Shown here one piece after another: positions 1-6,643 of a stretch of 8,355 bases of DNA (positions within the stretch are counted from its first letter, which is position 1; every line of letters starts with the position of its first letter). This stretch comes from a virus: the UHGV virus genome UHGV-0366079. One strand, written 5' to 3'. The notes under the pieces were generated by a model. It did not search any database. It was not told the origin of the DNA and worked only from the letters and a program-made list of their open reading frames with translations. The position numbers and the translations under genes are program-made.

Positions 1-40
1 GTCTGCCAAACAAAAGGATTAAGTACCACGAATGGTACAA

Positions 41-78
41 ACGTGCAGTATTACCTACACTGCACGTTCTTTATTGTG
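41..78 (+). terminator. Candidate intrinsic terminator for an upstream plus-strand gene outside the window
   Basis: 9-bp stem acgtgcagt (41-49) / actgcacgt (59-67) with 9-nt loop, followed by T-rich tctttattgtg (68-78). Read by eye, no folding energy computed. Confidence 0.35.
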
Positions 79-110
79 CGGATTTTGAACAGCAACAAAG
101 GATCAAAAGG

Positions 111-539
111 ATGAGTAGAAATAACGAAACAAGCGGCGTTGAACTGGTTGTTGTAGGCGTATTTGCTTTCTGTCTGGCAGTTGTTGCCTGGCTAATGAAA
201 ACTTTCGATGTTGAATGGCAAACAGCACTGGAAACTGCGCCTGGCCTGATAGTCTGGCTGCTTGTTGTCGGTGCGGGGATCTTTTTCGGGATCAAAATGG
301 AAACTGGCCTTATTCGCTGGGGTGCTCCACTGGCGATCGCCCTTCTGATTCCGGTATTCAAGCCAATTCTTAAGGAAGCTGCCGGAGTTCGTGAAACGGG
401 TGGGCTGGTTTTCGATGATATGGTTTCGTGGTATGGAACTGGCTGGGGAATGTCTCTGATGTTCTTCGGGATTCTTATTGTCGGATATGGCCTGCTTTAT
501 GGTGGCACAGAAGAAATTCATATTACTGGTAATCAATAA
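111..539 (+). CDS. Hypothetical small integral membrane protein, 142 aa, about 4 predicted TM helices
   Basis: ATG at 111 with AAAGGA 8 nt upstream. Four hydrophobic stretches (about aa 12-29, 44-61, 70-84, 112-132). First gene of a tight 3-gene cluster. No family recognised. Confidence 0.6.
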   Translation: MSRNNETSGVELVVVGVFAFCLAVVAWLMKTFDVEWQTALETAPGLIVWLLVVGAGIFFGIKMETGLIRWGAPLAIALLIPVFKPILKEAAGVRETGGLVFDDMVSWYGTGWGMSLMFFGILIVGYGLLYGGTEEIHITGNQ

Positions 540-560
540 AACGTAGAAGAGAGGAAACAT

Positions 561-836
561 ATGAAACTGAATCCTGAGAAATACAATAGAAACATTACCC
601 TGCTATGTCCTGTGTGCGGAAATACAGAGATGGAACACGAGGAAGAGTCTGAAGTCGTTAGATGTGTAGGCTGCGGGAAAGAATTTACTAATGATGAGTT
701 AATCCAAGAAAACGGGGTGAGTATTGACGCTCATGTAGATGAAATAAAAGAAGAGTTAACAAAAGACATTCAAAAACAGTTTAACGACATGCTCAAAAAG
801 GCATTTAAGGGAAGTAAGAATATAAGGATCAAATAA
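561..836 (+). CDS. Hypothetical zinc-ribbon protein, 91 aa
   Basis: Strong SD GAGAGGAAA 6 nt before ATG 561. CPVC (aa 16-19) and CVGC (aa 35-38) form a C4 zinc-ribbon signature; charged helical C-terminus. Starts 21 nt after the upstream stop. Confidence 0.6.
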   Translation: MKLNPEKYNRNITLLCPVCGNTEMEHEEESEVVRCVGCGKEFTNDELIQENGVSIDAHVDEIKEELTKDIQKQFNDMLKKAFKGSKNIRIK

Positions 837-1315
837 TGACAACAAGTGATGCCATCGCTTTAGCTGCGCTTGTAGTATCGATTTACACTATCATATCGTC
901 AGAAATGAAATCGAGAAAAAGCGATAGAGAACAAAAGGTTATAAAGGATGAGCAAGACAGGTTACGTAAGTTGCTTCTGGAAAAAGAAACAAAGTCAGCA
1001 ATTAATGAGATGAAAGCTGAGCTTGGTGCTCGCCTCGTAAAAATAGCCAAAAACAACTATAGGCTCAAGATATTTAATAGAGGGAGAGTTGAGGCTAAAA
1101 ATATAGAGATTCATTTCCCTGATAACGATGGAAATGAATATCTTTCAATGCATGATGTAGAAGATAAATTTCCATATGAGGTATTACACCCGCAACATGG
1201 AATTGAAATTTTAGCGGGAATAAGCTTTGGAAGTAAAACTAAATACCGAATAAAACTCATATGGGATGACAATTATAAAAGAAGAAATGAAGAGGAGTTT
1301 TTCATTTCTATATAA
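836..1315 (+). CDS. Hypothetical membrane-anchored protein, 159 aa: N-terminal TM helix, charged coiled-coil-like segment, C-terminal domain
   Basis: ATG 836-838 overlaps the upstream stop TAA 834-836 (TAATG, translational coupling); AAGGA about 10 nt upstream. Hydrophobic aa 5-22, then a K/E/R-rich helix. Visibly AT-rich. No family recognised. Confidence 0.6.
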   Translation: MTTSDAIALAALVVSIYTIISSEMKSRKSDREQKVIKDEQDRLRKLLLEKETKSAINEMKAELGARLVKIAKNNYRLKIFNRGRVEAKNIEIHFPDNDGNEYLSMHDVEDKFPYEVLHPQHGIEILAGISFGSKTKYRIKLIWDDNYKRRNEEEFFISI

Positions 1316-1344
1316 ATTGGTTCGCACAATGACGTTATGCTAAA

Positions 1345-1383
1345 GAGGCCGCTGCGGGATTCGATTTTCGCAGCGGCCTTTTC
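1345..1383. terminator. Rho-independent terminator ending the plus-strand 3-gene operon, possibly bidirectional
   Basis: 11-bp GC-rich stem aggccgctgcg (1346-1356) / cgcagcggcct (1369-1379), 12-nt loop, then TTTT (1379-1382). Sits 30 nt after the stop at 1315. A-rich on the 5' side, so it may also act on the minus strand. Confidence 0.55.
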
Positions 1384-1412
1384 AACATAACGAGTCGTAC
1401 ATTATGCGCACC
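1381..1412 (-). other. dif-like XerC/XerD recombination site with an 11-bp central region (candidate phage att site)
   Basis: Minus strand reads GGTGCGCATAA TGTACGACTCG TTATGTTGAAA. E. coli dif as I recall it is GGTGCGCATAA TGTATA TTATGTTAAAT. XerC arm 11/11, first 4 central nt identical, XerD-like arm 9/11 if a 5-nt longer spacer is allowed. The XerD-like arm abuts the terminator stem. Confidence 0.5.
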
Positions 1413-1450
1413 AATAGTAAGGATGGCGGGAACTGGCGTTACCGGTGCCG

Positions 1451-1684
1451 TCATTGGTCACAGACCGTAATCCACTGGCCCAGGACGTCTTTCAGGCAAT
1501 GTTGGCATAAATCCAGTTTTAAGCGATTACTGTCACCAAAAATTGAACCGTATCCAGCTAAGTGATTAACAGACAGAAACTCATTGAACTCAATGTCATC
1601 TACCACCGTCTTCGCATGGCGACCACAGCGATCGCAGGTCTTCGCACATAACATTACAGTATCGCTGGATGTGAAAAATTGCAT
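1451..1684 (-). CDS. Hypothetical small Cys-rich (putative zinc-binding) protein, 77 aa; phage cargo candidate
   Basis: ATG at 1684..1682 with strong SD GAGGAGA 5 nt upstream. Cys at 13, 17, 20 and CQHC at 61-64 suggest a zinc ribbon. Same strand as the phage genes, downstream of gIV. Confidence 0.6.
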   Translation of the reverse strand: MQFFTSSDTVMLCAKTCDRCGRHAKTVVDDIEFNEFLSVNHLAGYGSIFGDSNRLKLDLCQHCLKDVLGQWITVCDQ

Positions 1685-1755
1685 TTTATCTCCTCGTAAT
1701 GCTGCCGCGCCGAATCAGCAATAACGCTAAAAAAACAGAATTGTTCGGCTTGGCC

Positions 1756-1800
1756 AACCCCTGACACTAACAAAAGCAAGTTTTGTTAGTGTCAGGGGTT
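1756..1800. repeat. Perfect 20-bp inverted repeat with 5-nt loop (hairpin/cruciform); candidate packaging signal, origin hairpin or operator
   Basis: aacccctgacactaacaaaa (1756-1775), loop gcaag, ttttgttagtgtcaggggtt (1781-1800): exact reverse complements. Begins 2 nt after the stop of the 102-aa ORF. The minus-strand T-run lies about 20 nt beyond the stem, so it is not a classical terminator. Confidence 0.8.
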
Positions 1801-1801
1801 A

Positions 1802-2110
1802 TCATATAAACCAATAGACCGTCCTTACGCCATTCTGGTTATCAATAACATAGCCGCATTGTTTCCTTAAAAATTCTTCTGCTAAATCAATGGCTTTTAC
1901 AGAAATCTCATAAGAAGGAAGTAAAGTGTATCCTTTCCCTTCACTGGCAGCTGCTTTGATCGCATCCAGAGTATTATCAATCAGTAACAGAGCAAGTGAT
2001 GCTTCATTTACCTGAGCCGAAGAACTTCTGGCTGCAAGTGTCATTGTTTTTGCTTCTTCCGCTGTAATCGTTCGTTCTGCCAGAGCAGATAAAATCCCAT
2101 AAGAATCCAT
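1802..2110 (-). CDS. Hypothetical protein, 102 aa; phage cargo candidate directly downstream of gIV
   Basis: ATG at 2110..2108 with GGGGT about 6 nt upstream. Helical N-terminal half, beta-like C-terminus. No family recognised. Co-oriented with the phage genes. Confidence 0.55.
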   Translation of the reverse strand: MDSYGILSALAERTITAEEAKTMTLAARSSSAQVNEASLALLLIDNTLDAIKAAASEGKGYTLLPSYEISVKAIDLAEEFLRKQCGYVIDNQNGVRTVYWFI

Positions 2111-2130
2111 TAGTTACCCCAATCAATAAT

Positions 2131-2190
2131 GTCCATTTGATGGATAGCGAGCAGGGCTCACGCACCTACCCGCTATCCATCAAAGTGGAC
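2131..2190 (-). terminator. Large imperfect hairpin at the gIV 3' end; candidate gIV terminator and/or packaging-signal hairpin
   Basis: Arms gtccatttgatggatagcg (2131-2149) and cgctatccatcaaagtggac (2171-2190) pair over 19 bp with one bulged nucleotide; 21-nt loop. Overlaps the gIV stop (2180-2182). In Ff phages the packaging-signal hairpin immediately follows gIV (established knowledge). Confidence 0.4.
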
Positions 2191-3445
2191 GAATGATATG
2201 TGCTGTAAGCAAAATATACATAATACGCTGTTCATTGCTGTCTGCCTTGCTACTGAAAATCCAGCCTATAAGAGGAATTTTACTTATAACTGGAACTGAA
2301 CGCTCGGCATTGCTGAACGATGAATCGATAAGCCCCCCCAATAACAACGTCTGACCATCCTTAATCTGGACTGTCGTCTGAATCTGGCGCTGATTAGTAA
2401 TAATATCGGATGCCTGATCATCATTGCTGATTGAATCAGCGCGAGTGTCGATAGTCAGAACTAGTTGCCCGTTACCCATGACAACAGGCGTTACCTTGAG
2501 AGAAACGCCAACATCATGACGCTCGATAGTCTGAAACGGATTATTTACCCCGGCAGATTCGCCCGTTACCTTTCCGGTGATAAACGGCACATTCTTACCT
2601 ACGGAAATGTAACCAGTCTGACCAGACTGAGTAAGAATACGCGGCGTTGAAATCACCTTAGAGCGTGAATTACTCTGGACAGCACGCAGAGACAGCGCCA
2701 ACACGTTACCATCAAAAATACCAAAAGAACCGCCCGCCGTAGAAAGAGCGCTACCCAGTGCAGAAGTATTAAAGCCCCCCGCAACCTTATGACCGGATGC
2801 AGAACCTGCCGCAAACGATAAATCAACGCCATCAGACAAGCTGGTTTCAAACATCAGCGACTGAATGAGAACCTGATCGCGGGCAACATCCACAGAATTG
2901 ATAAAATCGGACAGAACCGGCAGCAGCTCGTCAGGCGCAGAAACAATCAGCGAGTTATTGCCTGGATAATCCACGACATTACCACCACCATTAGAATCAA
3001 GATAAATTTTAATCAGTTGCTGAACATCGGACGATCTAACTTTTGTCAGCTTAAAATTTCTGACCGTAAGCGCCACAGGTACTGGCTGGTAAGATGGCTC
3101 AGAAGGAAAAGTATCATAAGACTGGTTATCAGAATCATCGGAATCCGAAACCATCTGTGAAGGTAATTTAGACGGCAAAGAGACTACCGCAGGATTGCCA
3201 GAAAGCATGACAAAACCGTTAGCATTCAGAACAGACTTAAAGAAATCATCAATATTTGTTGGATTAACATCAGCATTAAATACGGTTACGTTTCCTTTAA
3301 TATCAGGATTAACAATAACAGGCTTGCCAGTTTTTGAAGAATACCACTGAACAAATGAGCGAACAGATGAATTATTTAAATTAACAGTTTCAGCAGAAAC
3401 GCAGAATGAATAGGCAAATAAAAAAGCAACAATAACAGAGCGCAT
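2180..3445 (-). CDS. IV: Filamentous-phage pIV outer-membrane secretin (virion export channel)
   Basis: Start corrected to ATG 3445 (MRSVIVAFLFAYSFCVSA signal peptide) with AGGAG about 11 nt upstream; the track ORF start 3538 overlaps gI. Collinear with M13 pIV as recalled (NNS..R.FV.WYS, VPFITG.VTGESA.VNNPFQTIER, LLLGGL, SKIPLIG). 421 aa. Confidence 0.9.
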   Translation of the reverse strand: MRSVIVAFLFAYSFCVSAETVNLNNSSVRSFVQWYSSKTGKPVIVNPDIKGNVTVFNADVNPTNIDDFFKSVLNANGFVMLSGNPAVVSLPSKLPSQMVSDSDDSDNQSYDTFPSEPSYQPVPVALTVRNFKLTKVRSSDVQQLIKIYLDSNGGGNVVDYPGNNSLIVSAPDELLPVLSDFINSVDVARDQVLIQSLMFETSLSDGVDLSFAAGSASGHKVAGGFNTSALGSALSTAGGSFGIFDGNVLALSLRAVQSNSRSKVISTPRILTQSGQTGYISVGKNVPFITGKVTGESAGVNNPFQTIERHDVGVSLKVTPVVMGNGQLVLTIDTRADSISNDDQASDIITNQRQIQTTVQIKDGQTLLLGGLIDSSFSNAERSVPVISKIPLIGWIFSSKADSNEQRIMYILLTAHIIRPL

Positions 3446-3452
3446 AATAATA

Positions 3453-3827
3453 TTACTCCTGACAGGTAACAGTCTGTAAATAACGGCCTTTTCTAATAAC
3501 AACACGACAGGCATCTTTAATATCAACGGAATAACCATCTTTAATCAAATCAAAATACTGATATTTCATACCTTTTGCATCAACAAACGTAACGGAAACG
3601 TCAAAGCCAAGTTGTGAAAAAGAATTAATAGAAAGTCGGGGTAAGTCACTGGACGAATCAGGCGTTACCGCCCTCGCCTGTTCAGCATAAGCAGATTTAA
3701 TAGCTGAGATTTCATCAACATTCTTTCCAGACTGGAGCCAGAAACCAAACGCAAGCCCCAGCGCCAAAAAAGAAAGCATTAATATAAGACGGTTCGATTT
3801 GCGAAAATAAATTTTAGTGAGGCGCAT
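3453..3827 (-). CDS. XI: pXI, in-frame internal restart product of gene I (C-terminal 124 aa with the TM segment)
   Basis: Internal ATG at Met241 of pI (MRLTKIYFRK), the same position as pXI in Ff as recalled, with AGAGGA upstream. Expression not provable from sequence. Confidence 0.5.
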   Translation of the reverse strand: MRLTKIYFRKSNRLILMLSFLALGLAFGFWLQSGKNVDEISAIKSAYAEQARAVTPDSSSDLPRLSINSFSQLGFDVSVTFVDAKGMKYQYFDLIKDGYSVDIKDACRVVIRKGRYLQTVTCQE

Positions 3828-4547
3828 ATAATAATTAAATCCTCTGTGAACAGAAAATTGACCGTGCGTGATAAATGGTGGCAAAAGCGAAAATGCGCCA
3901 TGAGGATAATTATCTGTGAACGCTTGTTTGGTATTGTAAGCAGAATAAAGAGATTTTCCTGTATATATCCATTTATCAACAGTGATTGAATTAACATTAT
4001 CACCATATTTGACAATGCCAAAGTGTACCTTTGGTAAAGAAAATCTCGCCCCTGAAACCAAATTCATAATGGAGCCAACAAAAGGAATGTTTAATTTATC
4101 TGAACGGCGACAATAAACAACATGCTCAGCAAGCGCCAGACGAGCTTGCTTATCCATTATCGAAATATCCTGAATCAAAAATATAATATCCCAGCCTAAT
4201 TTTCTGGCATGTAAAAACCAGTCAATAACAGGTTGTCTGTCTTTATCACCCCATGAGCGGGAATTAAACCAAGTACCACATTCATCAAGTACAAGGAGGC
4301 CATTACGGGATTCATCGTAAGATGTATTCCCAATACCAATAGCAAGTAAATCATTTAATGAAGGCTTGTCAGGAATGCGAATAACGCGCGTTTTTTTCGC
4401 ATAACGCCCAACCATAGGCATATTATGCAATTTAAGATCAAGATTAGTGGCAACAGGACAACCCTTAGCAAGTCTTTCCTGTATTCTGGAAACACTAACA
4501 AGTGTCTTGCCTGAGCCTAATTTGCCTGTTACTACATAAACCGCCAT
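3453..4547 (-). CDS. I: Filamentous-phage pI assembly ATPase (Zot-like, Walker A)
   Basis: N-terminus MAVYVVTGKLGSGKTLVSV carries Walker A GxxGSGKT; long blocks match M13 pI as recalled (LLVLDECGTWFN.RSW, RQP.IDWFLHARKLGWDIIFL.QD, ALAEHVVYCRR). One TM segment near aa 254-271. Start abuts the gVI stop (TAAATG). 364 aa. Confidence 0.92.
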   Translation of the reverse strand: MAVYVVTGKLGSGKTLVSVSRIQERLAKGCPVATNLDLKLHNMPMVGRYAKKTRVIRIPDKPSLNDLLAIGIGNTSYDESRNGLLVLDECGTWFNSRSWGDKDRQPVIDWFLHARKLGWDIIFLIQDISIMDKQARLALAEHVVYCRRSDKLNIPFVGSIMNLVSGARFSLPKVHFGIVKYGDNVNSITVDKWIYTGKSLYSAYNTKQAFTDNYPHGAFSLLPPFITHGQFSVHRGFNYYMRLTKIYFRKSNRLILMLSFLALGLAFGFWLQSGKNVDEISAIKSAYAEQARAVTPDSSSDLPRLSINSFSQLGFDVSVTFVDAKGMKYQYFDLIKDGYSVDIKDACRVVIRKGRYLQTVTCQE

Positions 4548-4889
4548 TTAAATCACCCTGTTTGCATAATCAAGAAACTTTTGTTTTAAATCGAAAACAA
4601 AAACACTGATACGAGTAACCATAATAACGTTAACACACGCCTGAAAATGGTCAGGCAATACAGACGCCATTAAATGGGAGAAATCAGCAGGTAAACCGTT
4701 ATACATGACCTCAGCAAGGTACTGCATTAAAAGCGTAACAGTTGTTGTAATTAATGCGACCAATGCAAAGGCGATTAATCCTGTTCTGGTAGCAAGTCGA
4801 GCTAAAAAACTCGCCACATAGCCAATAAACAAAGGAACAAGACCAATAAGAAAACGCAACAATGCAGGAATACCTAATAATAAAGGCAT
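4548..4889 (-). CDS. VI: Filamentous-phage pVI minor coat protein
   Basis: [14 protein letters not shown]... hydrophobic, about 113 aa, similar to M13 pVI as recalled (LLGIP.LLRF, FD.KQK). ATG 4889..4887 overlaps the gIII stop TGA 4891..4889 (TGATG); AAGGGGGTGA RBS upstream. The track start at 4892 is a GTG one codon upstream. Confidence 0.85.
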   Translation of the reverse strand: MPLLLGIPALLRFLIGLVPLFIGYVASFLARLATRTGLIAFALVALITTTVTLLMQYLAEVMYNGLPADFSHLMASVLPDHFQACVNVIMVTRISVFVFDLKQKFLDYANRVI

Positions 4890-6151
4890 CACTCACCCCC
4901 TTTGCGAAGCAATGAAGTTAAAGAAGTAAAGACATACCAGAACGTAAGGCAATAAAAAACCCATGAAAGAACATCTTTAATAGTCAGTAATTTATCGCAA
5001 CCAATATCAATCTGATAAACCTCACCGGGAAAAATAATAAAATCAGAGCAGCCGTTACCATTGGGTAAATTAGGCAGCATAGCACCTTTATTTAAAAACG
5101 CTTCCCATAAAGCACCGTGAGAATCCTTTTCAATTCCCAATTCAGAATCAGCCAAAGTAGAAGCGCCATCTAATTCAGAGTCGCCCTTTCCATAACGAGA
5201 ATCACCACCTGAAGGGTCAGCAAAACGGCCAGCCCCCCGCGTAAGATTGTTAATGGAATCGTCAAGACGATTTATATTATTCCTGGTTTGTTCATCGGCA
5301 TTTTTTTTATCATCTGATGAAGTGTCTTTCTCCGTTAATTTATCATGAATATCGCTGGCTATTTTGGGTGAAGCACCTTCGATCGCAGACTGAATATCAC
5401 CTTTAGAAAGACTGGAACCACTAGAGCCACCGCCAGAACTACCGCCAGAACTACCGCCACCGGACTCACCACCGCCAGACTCACCACCACCGGACTCACC
5501 ACCGCTGGACTCACCACCGCCAGACTCACCACCACCATTTTGGGGGGTTGAGGGTTTATCAGAGGGGTCAGCTACAGCACCTGTAGGCTTCCATGTTGCA
5601 GCGCAAACAGTACCATCACCCTGACAAACAATGACACCAGTAGCCTCATATTCACAGCCGTTATAGTAGATATAGCGACCACCATCATATGAATCAACAT
5701 TATTAAATACACCTTCTTCTGGCGGCTTCGCTTCACAAATTTCTTCTGGTGTCGGGTCAGTAGGTTTTTCATCAGGAACAGAACGCTGAATATTACCAAC
5801 AATATAAGCCGTTAAAGACCAATATTTATCCTTCTGCCCTGGTGAATCGCTGTAAGTACAATCGCCAGTAAAAACAAGACGGAATTCAGAATCAGGCCAG
5901 ATACCCTCATAAGTTGGTTTAATCCGAGTAAATACACTCTGAGCACTGGATTTAGCACCCTGACAAGCGGAGGCCTGCATAGCAGCATCAATATAGTAAA
6001 CCGTTATCTTAGAGCCATCCTGATTGGTTATTTGCTTACTTTCAGCGTAGGCAGAACTTTGATAAGTGGATTTAGTAATGCTTTCCCATGACTCAGCATG
6101 TGAAAAAGGAGAAATGAGGACAGCGGAAAGAATTAATATTTTCCTTCTCAT
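4889..6151 (-). CDS. III: Filamentous-phage pIII adsorption protein: divergent N-terminal domain, N1 (TolA-binding)-like domain, Gly-rich linker, C-terminal membrane anchor
   Basis: Start set at ATG 6151 ([19 protein letters not shown] signal peptide); the track extension to 6295 overlaps gVIII and the terminator. [26 protein letters not shown] resembles M13 N1 (YEGCLWNATGVVVCTGDETQCYGTW); GGGES repeats; C-terminus CDKL...FWYVFTSL resembles M13 CDKI...FMYVFSTF. 420 aa. Confidence 0.85.
   Translation of the reverse strand: MRRKILILSAVLISPFSHAESWESITKSTYQSSAYAESKQITNQDGSKITVYYIDAAMQASACQGAKSSAQSVFTRIKPTYEGIWPDSEFRLVFTGDCTYSDSPGQKDKYWSLTAYIVGNIQRSVPDEKPTDPTPEEICEAKPPEEGVFNNVDSYDGGRYIYYNGCEYEATGVIVCQGDGTVCAATWKPTGAVADPSDKPSTPQNGGGESGGGESSGGESGGGESGGGESGGGSSGGSSGGGSSGSSLSKGDIQSAIEGASPKIASDIHDKLTEKDTSSDDKKNADEQTRNNINRLDDSINNLTRGAGRFADPSGGDSRYGKGDSELDGASTLADSELGIEKDSHGALWEAFLNKGAMLPNLPNGNGCSDFIIFPGEVYQIDIGCDKLLTIKDVLSWVFYCLTFWYVFTSLTSLLRKGGE
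5424..5536 (-). repeat. Tandem 15-nt repeats encoding the Gly/Ser/Glu linker (GGGES units) of pIII
   Basis: Plus strand shows iterated ggactcaccaccgcc / agactcaccaccacc units, translating on the minus strand to [39 protein letters not shown]. Confidence 0.8.
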
Positions 6152-6160
6152 AGTAACCCG

Positions 6161-6188
6161 CTTTAATAAAGGGGCAACGAGTGCCCCT
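6161..6188 (-). terminator. Intrinsic terminator between gVIII and gIII
   Basis: Minus strand AGGGGCA-CTCGT-TGCCCCT (7-bp GC-rich stem, 5-nt loop) followed by TTTATT, 10 nt after the gVIII stop. Ff phages carry a terminator at this position (established knowledge). Confidence 0.6.
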
Positions 6189-6197
6189 GAGTGAAAT

Positions 6198-6440
6198 TCA
6201 AACCGCTTTTGAAGAGAATTTTTTGAAAATACGAATGGCAAGCCCAGCGCCAACCACAGCAACAACAACAGGCCATACTTTACCAATGAGATCATTTGCC
6301 TGAGTCAACAAAGCATCCATTGCCTGACCTGCATAATCAGTACCACCTGTAGCGCCTTCAGCCGCAAAAGAACTTGCAGAAATAAAAAGCGCAGTTGAAG
6401 CCAGAGCAATTTTATATTTAACAGTAGACAGAATTTTCAT
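6198..6440 (-). CDS. VIII: Filamentous-phage pVIII major coat protein
   Basis: 80-aa precursor: signal peptide ending SSFA with cleavage before AEG, hydrophobic core [15 protein letters not shown], basic C-terminus [11 protein letters not shown] (compare M13 KLFKKFTSKAS). GGAG 9 nt upstream of ATG 6440. Confidence 0.9.
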   Translation of the reverse strand: MKILSTVKYKIALASTALFISASSFAAEGATGGTDYAGQAMDALLTQANDLIGKVWPVVVAVVGAGLAIRIFKKFSSKAV

Positions 6441-6459
6441 AGGAATAACTCCATTAAGG

Positions 6460-6555
6460 TTACATTAATCGGTCAGAAAATGATTTAAATGAACCGACCG
6501 CATAGAAAAGGGCAAAACCAAAGGTATAAGCCCCGAAGAAATAAACGATATACAT
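6460..6555 (-). CDS. IX: pIX-like minor coat protein, 31 aa
   Basis: MYIVYFFGAYTFGFALFYAVGSFKSFSDRLM: tiny hydrophobic peptide just upstream of gVIII, resembling M13 pIX (32 aa) in size and the RLM motif. ATG 6555..6553 overlaps the gVII stop (TAATG). Confidence 0.6.
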   Translation of the reverse strand: MYIVYFFGAYTFGFALFYAVGSFKSFSDRLM

Positions 6556-6641
6556 TAACGAAAGACCCCCGCAGTAATCGCGCCGAGGCCAAAAGAAATA
6601 ACGATGCCAGACGCTATCAAAATTTGAATAACATCGTCCAT
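6555..6641 (-). CDS. VII: pVII-like minor coat protein, 28 aa (absent from the ORF track; found by hand translation)
   Basis: ATG 6641..6639 lies 2 nt after the gV-position stop; encodes MDDVIQILIASGIVISFGLGAITAGVFR, a single hydrophobic helix; stop TAA 6557..6555 overlaps the gIX start. Position and size match Ff gVII (33 aa). Confidence 0.55.
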   Translation of the reverse strand: MDDVIQILIASGIVISFGLGAITAGVFR

Positions 6642-6643
6642 AT

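Noticed and set aside
71-361. 96-aa minus-strand ORF
   Set aside because: Lies entirely antisense to the better-supported 111-539 plus-strand gene, with no RBS and a low-complexity translation. Likely a shadow ORF.
192-560. 122-aa minus-strand ORF
   Set aside because: Antisense to the 111-539 gene; no convincing start context. Shadow ORF.
1381-1412. Plasmid multimer-resolution site (cer/psi-like) as an alternative reading of the dif-like site
   Set aside because: cer-type sites have 6-8 bp central regions and long accessory sequences, and nothing here indicates a plasmid backbone. Kept as a low-probability alternative.
2465-2850. 61-aa plus-strand and 65-aa minus-strand ORFs inside gIV
   Set aside because: Both overlap the well-supported secretin gene in other frames or on the other strand. 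No independent support.
3445-3538. Track-predicted N-terminal extension of pIV (start 3538)
   Set aside because: The extension overlaps the 3' end of gI. The ATG at 3445 has an AGGAG RBS and begins the signal peptide homologous to the M13 pIV N-terminus.
3779-4021. 80-aa minus-strand ORF inside gI in another frame
   Set aside because: Alternative frame of the conserved gI coding region. The genuine nested product is the in-frame pXI, not this ORF.
4711-4896. 61-aa Cys-rich minus-strand ORF overlapping gVI
   Set aside because: Out-of-frame overlap with the conserved gVI; no RBS. Shadow ORF.
5424-5536. Possible CRISPR-like or satellite repeat array
   Set aside because: The repeats are contiguous 15-nt coding units with no spacers, inside the gIII frame, encoding the Gly-rich linker. 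Not a CRISPR array.
5572-5802. 76-aa minus-strand ORF inside gIII
   Set aside because: Alternative frame within the gIII coding region; no support.
6151-6295. Track-predicted N-terminal extension of pIII (start 6295)
   Set aside because: The extension overlaps the gVIII coding region and the gVIII terminator. The signal peptide begins at the ATG at 6151.
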